A DNA stretch of 20,000 bases from an uncultured virus (IMG/VR IMGVR_UViG_3300028557_000030). Taxonomy: Duplodnaviria; Heunggongvirae; Uroviricota; Caudoviricetes. The notes under the pieces were generated by a model. It did no database searches and was not told the DNA's origin. It saw only the letters and a list, made by a program, of their open reading frames with translations. The translations under genes and the position numbers were made by a program. Of this stretch, positions 6,323 to 15,974 are shown one piece after another. The first letter of the stretch is position 1. The number at the start of each line of letters is the position of its first letter. The stretch lies in IMG/VR virus record IMGVR_UViG_3300028557_000030; one strand, given 5' to 3'.

Positions 6323-9300
6323 ATGGACCCAGAAGTATTTAGAGAGCTACAAGATTCGATTAAATCATTTAATGATCAACTGTCGAGCCTTAGCTCAACC
6401 ATGGCAGGAATGGTAAATGCTGTAAACCAGCAAGTCGGTTCAATCCGAGACAACACGGTTGAAGAAAAGAAAAAGTCTGAATCTATCAAAAGAGGTACAA
6501 GCAGCGTTGATCCGCTAGCCAAAGCTCATACCCAAGCCGCACAGACCGTACAAGAATCTAATGCTAACTTTTCAAAAGCATCTGCCACAAGCGTACAATC
6601 ACTAAAAAGTTTTAAAGATGCGTTACTAAGTGCTGAAAAAGGGTTATCCAAATATGGTAACGCCGCCGAAGGTTTAGGAACTGCTGCATATGAAGCTGGT
6701 AAGAACTTTGGACCTTTGGGGCAAGTTTTAGGCTTTGCCCTTGGTGCATTTGGTGCATTAACTAAAGAAATATTTGGCCTTAATGATAACATTATAGACT
6801 TCAGAGATAGTTTTACGGAGACTGCAGGAATTCTTCCTGTGTCTACGACCGAGATAGGAAATCTAGCAAAGCAAGCAAGATTCTCACTTGATGACATGAA
6901 GAAGTTGTCTAAGACAACTAATGGTTTAGGTCAAAGTCTTCTCGGTATGGGCGGTTATGCCGGCGAAGGGGCAGTCAAGTTCATGAAGCTGGCTGATGTT
7001 TCCGACGAAACAAGAAGACGTTTTGGTAGAATGGGTATCTCTCAAGAACAACTACTTGATTCTCAAGCCAAATATGTCGAGTTACAAAGTGTCTCTGGTC
7101 AAGCTCTACACAATCAACGTAAGTCTGTTAATACGATGCAGCAAGAGTCGTTAGCTTATGCTGAAAATCTTATTAGAGTGTCCGCCTTGACAGGTAAAAA
7201 AGCTGATCAGTTACAAGCTGGACGCGTCGGAGCACTATCTGAATATGAGGAACAAGTTAAAACTCTTGCTGAAAATAAACGAATAGCAGAACTTAGGGCT
7301 AAGACAAATGACCCTGCGGCGCAAGAAGAAGCGCAAAGAATAGAAGACGAACAGAAAAAACGTCAAGCTTTCATTCAGGCAATATATGATACAGGAGACA
7401 AAGAGCAGGCAAGCACTGCTGGTAAAGTATATCGTTTGGGCGGTTATAGTGGAGCTACAGCAGGGTCGTCTGTCATAGGCATGTCGGACATTGTCAAGGA
7501 TTTCAAAAAGAGTGATGGTGGTGAAGAAAGTTTAGCGAGAGCATCTCAAATGCTTGAGGATCGGATTGTAGGAGTTGTTACAAACCCGGCATATCAGGTC
7601 ACAATCCAGGCACGTGGCGAGGAGTTTACGCGAGGCTTCGGTGGCTTCGGCAATGAGTATATTACTGGACTAACGCTACGCGGCGGCCCCGGAGCTATGG
7701 CTGCGAATCGGGCAAAAATTACAGCAGACATGGTGAAGAAGGGTGAGGCAGGGACAGACCGTACTGCTGATGCTATCGAAGGTGTCAAATCATTGGAACG
7801 TGAGGCTAAATCTGTGTATCAAACATTCTTAGAATCAATTGATCCTTTGCGTGGTTCAATGGAGGCACTCAAGTTCGCAGCTATTGGAGCAGCCGCAGTA
7901 GTAGGTTCAATAGCTGTGGGTAGTCTAGCGTCTAAGATTCCCGGTATAGGCGGAATGTTTAATCGCGGCGCAGGTGCGGCAGGTGGTGCGGCAGGTGCCG
8001 CAAAGGCAGCAGGTGGTGCCGCAAAGGCAGCAGGTGGTGCCGCAAAGGCAGCAGGTGGTGCCGCAAAGGCAGCAGGTGGTGCGGCAGGTGCTGCAAAGGC
8101 AGCAGGTGCAATCAGTGGCGCAGATGCAGGAATTCAAAATCTCAGTAAAGCCGCTTCCGGTGGAGGCGGCATGGTGGGAGGATTCTTACAGGGAATCGTC
8201 AATGGTCTAGCAGCAGCAGGTAGACCCCCTGTTCCCTTTTATATTATAGCGGGTTCCGCTGCAATTGGTGCAGCTATCACTGCGATTGGTGCTGGCCTTG
8301 CGGGTGCAACTTGGATTTTAGGGAAGTCAATGCCTTCTCTTGCAAACGGGTTGAAAGCATTTGACAAATTAAACGGACCTAATCTCCTGCAAGTAGGTTT
8401 CGGAATGGCCGGGCTTGGCGCTGGAATTCTAGCAATGGGTGCCGGAAACGTAGCTGGCGCTATCGGCAATGTAATAAATTTCTTAGTTGACGGTGAAGAC
8501 CCGATCAAAAAAGTATCTTCACAGGTAATCGAGCTTCAAGGTTATGATTTTGATAAAGAAAAGGTTAAAAACAATTCAGAAGCAATGGTATCATTCGCTA
8601 GAGCAATGGCCGCTGCTTCATCAATTAGTGCAATTGGTTCAGTTGCACAAGCCAGCGGTGCTATTGCGGGCGGCGTTGCGAGCTTCTTTGATAAAACACC
8701 ACCTCTAAAAAAATTCGTAGAATTTTCAGAACTTAAGATTGATGACAAACAGACCAAAATAAATGCACAAGCTTTTGTCGAATTTAGTACTGCTATGTCT
8801 TCTTATGAAGGATACGGTGACGGCATCGGGGCACTTACTGCAACATTGGGTGACGCTGCTGCAAAATTCTTTGGTGTGAGACCACCGGTTGATCAGTTTG
8901 CGTATTTTTCTAGACTTCCGATTAATGAAAAGAAAGCTGAAATAAATTCTAAATCATTTGTCGCGTTTGCTAATGCTATGGCTGAATATAGAGGTGGCCC
9001 CGGTTTAATGGCGACCATCAGCGCCCTTGCTGGTGCTGGTCTCAATAAAATATTTGGTGAAGATGGACCAATCGAAGCATTTGCTAAATTTGCTCAAAGA
9101 GATTTTGGTCCTAAAGCTAAAGACAATTCAGAAGCATTCTTCAACTATGCAACAGCGGCAAACCTGCTTAGGAATGGGGGCGCTACGGCTCCTGGTGCTG
9201 CTGCACCGGCCGGCGGAGGTGCTTCTGGCGGAGGTGCTTCTGGCGGTGGCGGAGGAGGTGGTGAAGGTGGAGGTGCTTCTGGTGGAGGTGCTTCTGGCGG

Positions 9301-10183
9301 TGGAGGTGCTTCTGGCGGTGGCAGAGGTGCCGCTCCTAGTGAAGGCGGCGACATGGACACCCCGAGCGGTGGTGCTGCTAGCGGCGGTGGCGGCGGGCAA
9401 TCCGAAGGTGCTGGGGCGGTGGTTTCCGGAGGTGCTGCTGGCGAAGGTAGCGCTCGTGGCCTTCGCAGAAAGACAGAAGGACTAATAGTTCACCACACAG
9501 GCGGCCGCGGGTTACAAGCTGCGATTGATACACTAAGGGCAAGAAAATTAGGATATCATTATCTTGTTGATAGAGATGGTACAGTAGTCAATTATGTCGA
9601 TGATAGTCAAATAACATGGCATGCCGGTAAAACTGATAAAAAACCAAACTTAGGTAATAGAAATACAGTAGGTGTCTCACTAATAGCAAAAGACGACAAA
9701 GACATAACTAGAACACAAAAACAAACAGCAGTTCAGTTGAGCCAACAAATAATGAGAAAATATGGCATTAGTGCTGTTTATGGTCACGGCGAAACAAGCA
9801 GCCATAAACACCCTGATGAAGGTAAAACAATTTCTAATCTATTGCGCGCCGGAGGCCTGCAACGAGCAGAAAACGGTGGCGTTTTTGATGGCCCTGGTGC
9901 AAGTTTCCCTTCAGATTCTGATAAGGGCAAAAAGATTAGCCCACTTAAACTTGATTCGTTGTTGATGAAATTGGCTAAAACTGGTTCAGAATCACTCAAT
10001 CCGGCGGCGGCATCGTCTACGTCTTCTACATCTTCTGCTACTGATAACTACGCCGCAGAAGATCAAGGTGCAATGAATTTAGAATTGTATAACATGATTC
10101 AACACAAATTAGATAACGTGCTTAATGCGCTAGATAGCAGTTATAGTACACAATCTAAAATACTTAGACATTCAATGGTGTAA
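6323..10183 (+). CDS. Tape-measure/baseplate-hub-like virion protein A with C-terminal N-acetylmuramoyl-L-alanine amidase (Amidase_2-like)
   Basis: 1286 aa, Ala/Gly-rich and helical, with hydrophobic segments. The C-terminal motifs IVHHTGG, GYHYLVDRDG, WHAG, N..VGVSL and YGHGE are typical of type 2 amidases. Confidence 0.7.
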   Translation: MDPEVFRELQDSIKSFNDQLSSLSSTMAGMVNAVNQQVGSIRDNTVEEKKKSESIKRGTSSVDPLAKAHTQAAQTVQESNANFSKASATSVQSLKSFKDALLSAEKGLSKYGNAAEGLGTAAYEAGKNFGPLGQVLGFALGAFGALTKEIFGLNDNIIDFRDSFTETAGILPVSTTEIGNLAKQARFSLDDMKKLSKTTNGLGQSLLGMGGYAGEGAVKFMKLADVSDETRRRFGRMGISQEQLLDSQAKYVELQSVSGQALHNQRKSVNTMQQESLAYAENLIRVSALTGKKADQLQAGRVGALSEYEEQVKTLAENKRIAELRAKTNDPAAQEEAQRIEDEQKKRQAFIQAIYDTGDKEQASTAGKVYRLGGYSGATAGSSVIGMSDIVKDFKKSDGGEESLARASQMLEDRIVGVVTNPAYQVTIQARGEEFTRGFGGFGNEYITGLTLRGGPGAMAANRAKITADMVKKGEAGTDRTADAIEGVKSLEREAKSVYQTFLESIDPLRGSMEALKFAAIGAAAVVGSIAVGSLASKIPGIGGMFNRGAGAAGGAAGAAKAAGGAAKAAGGAAKAAGGAAKAAGGAAGAAKAAGAISGADAGIQNLSKAASGGGGMVGGFLQGIVNGLAAAGRPPVPFYIIAGSAAIGAAITAIGAGLAGATWILGKSMPSLANGLKAFDKLNGPNLLQVGFGMAGLGAGILAMGAGNVAGAIGNVINFLVDGEDPIKKVSSQVIELQGYDFDKEKVKNNSEAMVSFARAMAAASSISAIGSVAQASGAIAGGVASFFDKTPPLKKFVEFSELKIDDKQTKINAQAFVEFSTAMSSYEGYGDGIGALTATLGDAAAKFFGVRPPVDQFAYFSRLPINEKKAEINSKSFVAFANAMAEYRGGPGLMATISALAGAGLNKIFGEDGPIEAFAKFAQRDFGPKAKDNSEAFFNYATAANLLRNGGATAPGAAAPAGGGASGGGASGGGGGGGEGGGASGGGASGGGGASGGGRGAAPSEGGDMDTPSGGAASGGGGGQSEGAGAVVSGGAAGEGSARGLRRKTEGLIVHHTGGRGLQAAIDTLRARKLGYHYLVDRDGTVVNYVDDSQITWHAGKTDKKPNLGNRNTVGVSLIAKDDKDITRTQKQTAVQLSQQIMRKYGISAVYGHGETSSHKHPDEGKTISNLLRAGGLQRAENGGVFDGPGASFPSDSDKGKKISPLKLDSLLMKLAKTGSESLNPAAASSTSSTSSATDNYAAEDQGAMNLELYNMIQHKLDNVLNALDSSYSTQSKILRHSMV
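7973..8107 (+). repeat. 21-bp in-frame tandem repeat (GAAKAAG)n
   Basis: ggtgccgcaaaggcagcaggt occurs four times perfectly (7994-8077), with degenerate flanking copies. Confidence 0.9.
9213..9320 (+). repeat. Imperfect 15-18 bp repeat encoding a GGGAS linker
   Basis: Five copies of ggaggtgcttctgg in the Gly-rich linker before the amidase domain. Confidence 0.8.
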
Positions 10184-10188
10184 CGTAG

Positions 10189-13100
10189 ATGGATCCGGAA
10201 CAACAAGAAATTCAAGCTGCAATGCGTGAACTTAGTATGCTGCTTTCTCAGCAAACTTCCTTGTTGGGAGGTACGGTCAAATCATTAGCCGATACTATAC
10301 CTGCACTAAAAAACGGAACACAAGCTCAAACTGCTAATACTCAAGCAGAAAAAGAAAACAACAATGTGATTGATAGATTTGCTGAAGCCAACACAAAAGC
10401 TGCGTCTATTGTCAACGAAAAATCTCAAATTTATAAAGAAGCGTTTGGAACCGGAGTTAGTGCGCTTATGGGGTTTAAAAACGCAGTATTAAGTAGTCAA
10501 GAAGGTTTGGTCAAATATAGTAATGTTATAGATACTTTAGGAACCGGTGCCTATAACATTGGTCAAAATTTTGGTTTTTTGGGGACGGCGGCGGGCGGAA
10601 TCCTTAGTGTATTTGGTAAAGTAGTTAACGAACTACTGAAGGTCACAGACGGTGTTGTTGGAATTAGAGATAATTTTACAAAAACATCCGGAATCATTCC
10701 GATAACAATGACAGAAATTGGTAAATTAGCAGCAAATGCTAGATTTTCGCTTGATAATATGGCAACGCTGGGCCGCGAGATGGAAAATCTCGGTGGAAAG
10801 ATGATAGGATTAGGCGGTTATGCCGGTGAAGGTGCTGTCAAATTCATGAAGATAGCGGCTGTAAGTGACAATGTTCGTCGAGAATTTGGTAGAATGGGTA
10901 TTAACCAAGATGCATTGCTGCATCTGCAAGCAAAGTATGTAGAAACTCAAGCTATTTCAGGTAATGCTTATGTAAATCAATCTAAGTCAATAGAACAAAT
11001 TCAAAAAGAATCGCTTGTTTATGCGAAGAACATGACGGTGTTGTCATCTCTTACTGGTAAATCTGCTGATGCGTTGCAAGAAGAAATAAATCAAGTTCAA
11101 CTGGTGTTTGAAGAACAGGTTGCAACTATGGCTGAAAATGCCAAAATACGAAAGCTACAGGACGAGGGTCGGCACAGCGAGGCTGCTGCATTAAAGCTTG
11201 AACAAGACAACCGCAAGAAAATGATTGAGACATATACTGCGTTGTATGGCCCAGACAAAGCAAACCAGATGGCAAGGGTAATGCGTACTGGATACTATGA
11301 TTCGCTCACTTCCGGTTTAGCAATGCTACAAATGAGGGGAGGATCTGATCCTCTATCCTTCACTCAAGGATTGAAGACATCAGCTAACGCACAAGCAGAC
11401 TTATTAGCGTACTCTGAAAAACTAGATAGTGCTATATCTGCAAATGCAGAAGCGTTTAGTGTAGCTTTTGAGGTGCTAGGATCCGAATTCGGTAAAAAGG
11501 TAGGAGCTGAAGAACAAGTAGTGGGCGCTATGATGAGGCGTCAAGGGATAGACGTATCAAAAGATTTTGCAAGAATCTTAGCCGAAGCTACTGCTAAAAG
11601 CGAAGAAGATACAGACACGCTAGCCAATAGCGTTGAAACGGCTCGCTCGGTTGAGCGTGAGGTACAAGGTAAGGTGCAAAACGCCCTGCTTGATGTACAA
11701 TCGGCCCTGCTTGAAGGACCGGACTCAATTAAAGCATTCATTGATAAATTTCTCAACAAAAATTTATTACTGATGGGTGCGGTGTCAGCAGCAGCAATCG
11801 CACTAGGTACTATAGTAGCAGCTAAAGGCCTACAAGCCTTGTTAGGTCGCGGGGGAGCAGCCGCAGGAGCAGCCGCAAGTGTAGCAGAAATCGCAGAAGA
11901 TCAACTATTAGATAAAAACGGTAGACCTCTAAGAGGCGGAGCCAGAAGCGCAAGGATTGCTAAACTTACTGGAGGAGGCCCAGCACAAGTTGGTAAACCT
12001 GGAGGATTCGGTGCGTCATTGCAATCTGTCGCTAGTGCGTTGTCAAATGCGGGTAAAGCTGGCCCGCAGGTTATCTTAGGTGCGGCTGCATTAGCAACTG
12101 CAATTGCTTCTTTCGGTGCAGGTATAGCAGGTGCAGTCGCAGTCATCGGAAAAGCACTTCCGTCTCTAGCGAATGGTCTAAAAGCATTTAATGATCTTGA
12201 TGGTAAAAATCTACAACAGGCAGGGCTAGGTATGGCAGGGCTAGGTATCGGCATTCTGGCGATGGGCGCGGGAACAATGGCTCAAGCGTTTGGTACTATC
12301 ATAAGATTTTTCACCGGTGACAAAGACCCTCTAACTCAAGCATCTGAAATGCTGTTCCGACTACAAGCAGTTAACCTCGATAGAAAGAAAATTGAAGACA
12401 ACGGTGCATCTCTGATGGCATATGCTAAGGCTATGGCAGCAGTGGCAGCTTTGGGAGCAGGAGCAGGAATCGCCGACGCAATGCGAAGTTATTACGATGG
12501 TATTGGTAAGCTGTTTGGTGCTACCCCTCCTTACAAAGACTTAGAAAAGTTCTCACAGTTACAGGTTGATCCGGCAAAAGTAAAGATTAATTCAGACTCA
12601 TTTGTAGAATTTTCTCGTGCAATGGCTTCTTATAGCGGGTACGGAGACGGACTAAGCGTAATAACATCTTCACTTGCACAAGCAACCGTTAGTTTCTTCA
12701 ACACAAATCCACCGGAAAAACAAGTCGTAGAGTTCTCGAAATTAAAGATTGATCCAAAACAAACTAGTATCAACGCAACTGGGTTTGTAGAATTCTCTCG
12801 TGCAATGGCAGCATATAAAGGCGGCGTGGGGTTGAGAGAGGCAGTTAGTATAATTGCAGGAGCTAAGCTATCTATGTTGTTTGGGATGGATGGGCCAATC
12901 AAAAGTTTCGAAAATTTTGCTGCTATAAACGTTGGTCCAAAAGCGGCCGAAAACTCACAAGCATTCTTGAATTTCTCTAAGGCTATGGGAGTGCTTTCAG
13001 GCGGCAGTGGCGGAGGATGGTTTAATAATTTAGTTAGCAACTTAAGAGAACCTGTAGCAAGAACCGTAGCAAGAACAGTAGATAGCGGCAGAGAACTTGT

Positions 13101-13938
13101 CACGCAAGTCGGTACGGCAGTAGGAGATTTTGCTAGGGGTCTATTCACTAGACCCGGTCCAGATAGCACGGCTCTCAATTTTATAGGTAGGATAGAATCA
13201 GGAAACAACTATAACAAGCTAGTCGGCGGAAGGGTAAAAAATGATCCTCCGTTAACCAGTATGACTGTCGGTCAGGTAATGGCTTATCAAGATACAATGA
13301 GGGATAACGGACATGAATCAACTGCTCTTGGAAAATATCAGATTATCAAAGGAACTCTCGGTGGCATAGTCAGATCCGGAACAGTAAGTCCCAATGATCA
13401 ATTTAGTGAAACCACGCAGGATAAGGCAGCGGTTTACCTGATGAATGTGCGCGGCAGAGAGAGATTCCGATCCGGCAGACTCGGTGTAGATCAATATGCA
13501 AATAATCTTGCAAAAGAGTGGGCAAGTTTGCCGATGCCAAATGGTAGAAGTTACTATGCAGGTGTCGGCAGCAACAATAGTTTAACATCCAGAAGTGATT
13601 TTGTGAGAAGCTTGCAGGCAAGAGACGGTGGAATAATGTCAGGTCCTTCAACCGGATACCCGATCGAACTGCACGGCACTGAATTAATAATTCCAATCGA
13701 CTCCAACTCAATTCTTTCTAAACTAGCTTCAACCAGCGCAGAGGCTGTAGCAAAAGACTTGCAACGTAAGAGTGTCAAGGCTGTTCCTAAACCAACTTCT
13801 ACTACTGGTATTCCTAAAAAAACAGTCGGAATCAGCAAAGAAATGATTTATGCATTGTCTGCGAAGTTTGATAGTGTAGTCAACAAGATAGAAAGCACTG
13901 ATCAAGTTCAGAAGAAGTTGTTGAAACAGGTGCTTTGA
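10189..13938 (+). CDS. Tape-measure/baseplate-hub-like virion protein B with C-terminal lambda-R-like lysozyme/lytic transglycosylase
   Basis: 1249 aa paralog of the upstream gene. Motifs IESGNNYN, STALGKYQII, F...TQDKAA and EWASLP, followed by ARDGG..SGP.TGYP.ELHGTE.IIP. Confidence 0.72.
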   Translation: MDPEQQEIQAAMRELSMLLSQQTSLLGGTVKSLADTIPALKNGTQAQTANTQAEKENNNVIDRFAEANTKAASIVNEKSQIYKEAFGTGVSALMGFKNAVLSSQEGLVKYSNVIDTLGTGAYNIGQNFGFLGTAAGGILSVFGKVVNELLKVTDGVVGIRDNFTKTSGIIPITMTEIGKLAANARFSLDNMATLGREMENLGGKMIGLGGYAGEGAVKFMKIAAVSDNVRREFGRMGINQDALLHLQAKYVETQAISGNAYVNQSKSIEQIQKESLVYAKNMTVLSSLTGKSADALQEEINQVQLVFEEQVATMAENAKIRKLQDEGRHSEAAALKLEQDNRKKMIETYTALYGPDKANQMARVMRTGYYDSLTSGLAMLQMRGGSDPLSFTQGLKTSANAQADLLAYSEKLDSAISANAEAFSVAFEVLGSEFGKKVGAEEQVVGAMMRRQGIDVSKDFARILAEATAKSEEDTDTLANSVETARSVEREVQGKVQNALLDVQSALLEGPDSIKAFIDKFLNKNLLLMGAVSAAAIALGTIVAAKGLQALLGRGGAAAGAAASVAEIAEDQLLDKNGRPLRGGARSARIAKLTGGGPAQVGKPGGFGASLQSVASALSNAGKAGPQVILGAAALATAIASFGAGIAGAVAVIGKALPSLANGLKAFNDLDGKNLQQAGLGMAGLGIGILAMGAGTMAQAFGTIIRFFTGDKDPLTQASEMLFRLQAVNLDRKKIEDNGASLMAYAKAMAAVAALGAGAGIADAMRSYYDGIGKLFGATPPYKDLEKFSQLQVDPAKVKINSDSFVEFSRAMASYSGYGDGLSVITSSLAQATVSFFNTNPPEKQVVEFSKLKIDPKQTSINATGFVEFSRAMAAYKGGVGLREAVSIIAGAKLSMLFGMDGPIKSFENFAAINVGPKAAENSQAFLNFSKAMGVLSGGSGGGWFNNLVSNLREPVARTVARTVDSGRELVTQVGTAVGDFARGLFTRPGPDSTALNFIGRIESGNNYNKLVGGRVKNDPPLTSMTVGQVMAYQDTMRDNGHESTALGKYQIIKGTLGGIVRSGTVSPNDQFSETTQDKAAVYLMNVRGRERFRSGRLGVDQYANNLAKEWASLPMPNGRSYYAGVGSNNSLTSRSDFVRSLQARDGGIMSGPSTGYPIELHGTELIIPIDSNSILSKLASTSAEAVAKDLQRKSVKAVPKPTSTTGIPKKTVGISKEMIYALSAKFDSVVNKIESTDQVQKKLLKQVL

Positions 13939-13939
13939 C

Positions 13940-13947
13940 ACTAAATA
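13940..13947 (+). promoter_or_regulatory. Late promoter ACTAAATA upstream of portal
   Basis: Intergenic, identical to the 6259 and 6274 motifs, and similar to T4 TATAAATA. Confidence 0.65.
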
Positions 13948-13972
13948 GACTACGATAAGAGAACAGGTACCT

Positions 13973-15769
13973 ATGTCATACAAGAAGAAATTCCTAAACA
14001 AGAGCGGTATATCTAGTCCGATCTCTGGCATGAACAGTAACGCCGGAGCTTGGAATAACTCACCTGGTACTCAGGATGGGTATAACAGTACTGAGTTTGG
14101 ATATAAGAACTACATGTCCAGACTACCGGAAGTATATACCGGTCACCCAAATCGTATCGAACGTTATAATCAATACGAGATGATGGACGTTGATGCTGAG
14201 ATCAATGCGTGTCTAGACATTCTTGCAGAATTCTCCACTCAGCGCAACGAACACAACAAGACTCCGTTCTCTTTCGAATACAAAGATGACCCTACTCCGC
14301 GTGAAGTAGAACTGCTCACTAAGCAGCTACAACAGTGGTGCAAGCTTAATGAATTCGATGGTCGTATGTTCAAGATTTTCCGTAACGTTGTAAAGTACGG
14401 TGACCAAGTCTTTGTCCGTGACCCAGAAAACTTCAAGCTATACTGGGTTGATATGGTAAAAGTCATCAAGGTTATTGTTAATGAATCTGAAGGCAAGCAA
14501 CCGGAACAGTATGTCATCAAAGATATCAACATCAATCTACAGAACTTATCAGTAGCACAGAAAACCAATACTGACTTTGCTGCTAACCCAGCAACTGGAT
14601 TAGGTGGCAGCGGCGGCGGAACAAACACACCCTATACTGTTCCTGCAATGCCCTATAACACATCTGGTTCAAGATTTACTTTGGGTCAGTCTGAATCAGC
14701 AGTAGATGCAAAGCATATCGTTCACTTGTCACTTACTGAAGGGCTTGATAGATTCTGGCCATTCGGTCAATCGATTCTAGAGAACATCTTTAAAGTTTAC
14801 AAGCAGAAAGAACTTCTAGAAGACGCTGTTCTTATCTATCGTGTACAACGTGCTCCTGAACGTAGAATGTTCAAGATCGATGTTGGCAACATGCCATCTC
14901 ACTTAGCAATGGCATTCGTTGAGCGGGTTAAGAACGAGATTCACCAACGAAGAATTCCCTCAGTATACGGTGGACAGTCAATCGTTGATGCTTCGTACAA
15001 TCCACTATCAATGAACGAAGATTACTTCTTCCCGGTCACTGCTGAAGGTCGCGGATCATCAGTCGAAGTTCTTCCTGGCGGCCAGAATCTTGGTGAAATC
15101 GATGACTTGAAATACTTCAACAATCGTCTTGCTCGTGGTCTTCGTGTACCTTCATCATACTTGCCAACTGGACCAGATGATAACACCACACCACTAAGTG
15201 ACGGGCGTGTCGGTACTGCGATGATTCAAGAATTCAGATTCAATCAGTATTGTGAAAGACTACAAAACTACATGGCTATGAAGCTTGATGAAGAATTCAA
15301 GCTGTTCTTGCGCTGGAGAGGTTTCAATATTGATACTGGCTTATTCCAGATTACGTTCAATCCACCTCAGAACTTTGCTGCATATCGACAGAGTGAACTG
15401 GACAACGCAAGAGTATCAACGTTTGCTAGCATGGAGGCGTTCCCTTATATCTCAAAGCGTTTTGCACTCGAAAGATTCTTAGGACTGAGTGAAGAAGAAA
15501 TCAAGAAGAATGAGCAGCTTTGGTTAGAAGAAAATGCTGAAGACGTAGTACAAGACCCTAAAGGTTCTGATCTCAGAAACATTGGTGTATCTACTGGAGA
15601 CTTCCAAGCAGACTCTGATACTGCTGACGAACTTGAAAATGCAGAAATGGAACAAGAGCCAGGCTCACCTGAAACCGCAGGCCCTGTTGCAGGACCAGAG
15701 GGTGCAGCAGCAGCAGGTGCTGGTGCAGGTCCCGTAGGCGGCGGCGCAGCTGGCGCTATGCAAATCTAA
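13973..15769 (+). CDS. gp20: Portal vertex protein
   Basis: LLEDAVLIYRVQRAPERRMFKIDVGNMP, EDYFFP, GRGSSVEVLPGGQNLGEIDDLKYF and LRVPSS match the T4 gp20 family. Confidence 0.95.
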   Translation: MSYKKKFLNKSGISSPISGMNSNAGAWNNSPGTQDGYNSTEFGYKNYMSRLPEVYTGHPNRIERYNQYEMMDVDAEINACLDILAEFSTQRNEHNKTPFSFEYKDDPTPREVELLTKQLQQWCKLNEFDGRMFKIFRNVVKYGDQVFVRDPENFKLYWVDMVKVIKVIVNESEGKQPEQYVIKDININLQNLSVAQKTNTDFAANPATGLGGSGGGTNTPYTVPAMPYNTSGSRFTLGQSESAVDAKHIVHLSLTEGLDRFWPFGQSILENIFKVYKQKELLEDAVLIYRVQRAPERRMFKIDVGNMPSHLAMAFVERVKNEIHQRRIPSVYGGQSIVDASYNPLSMNEDYFFPVTAEGRGSSVEVLPGGQNLGEIDDLKYFNNRLARGLRVPSSYLPTGPDDNTTPLSDGRVGTAMIQEFRFNQYCERLQNYMAMKLDEEFKLFLRWRGFNIDTGLFQITFNPPQNFAAYRQSELDNARVSTFASMEAFPYISKRFALERFLGLSEEEIKKNEQLWLEENAEDVVQDPKGSDLRNIGVSTGDFQADSDTADELENAEMEQEPGSPETAGPVAGPEGAAAAGAGAGPVGGGAAGAMQI

Positions 15770-15772
15770 CAA

Positions 15773-15970
15773 ATGCTAAGTTTTGTCAAATTCCTTTTGG
15801 TATGGATTTCGCAAAACTTAGCTATTCCATTTTGGATAGTAGGACATGTGCATTTAAGTATGCATATGGGAATCTATAAAGACATTCATATGCTGATAGC
15901 TTCGTTGGGTATGCATGTCGTGGTTGCAATTGGCTTTTTGGTAGATTATAAATCACAGAAAGATAAATAA
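15773..15970 (+). CDS. Small His-rich hydrophobic (membrane) protein, hypothetical
   Basis: 65 aa with two hydrophobic stretches. Fills the gap between the portal gene and the next gene. Confidence 0.55.
   Translation: MLSFVKFLLVWISQNLAIPFWIVGHVHLSMHMGIYKDIHMLIASLGMHVVVAIGFLVDYKSQKDK
15962..15969 (+). promoter_or_regulatory. Late promoter GATAAATA
   Basis: One mismatch from T4 TATAAATA. Ends 5 nt before the ATG at 15975. Confidence 0.6.
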
Positions 15971-15974
15971 TCTT

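Noticed and set aside
7973..8107. CRISPR-like array
   Set aside because: The repeats are contiguous with no spacers and are in frame within a CDS.
6526..13838. Numerous antisense and alternate-frame ORFs (e.g. 12630-13208, 9027-9485, 7974-8210)
   Set aside because: They are shadows of Ala/Gly-rich codons and repeats in the large genes, with no motifs or RBS.
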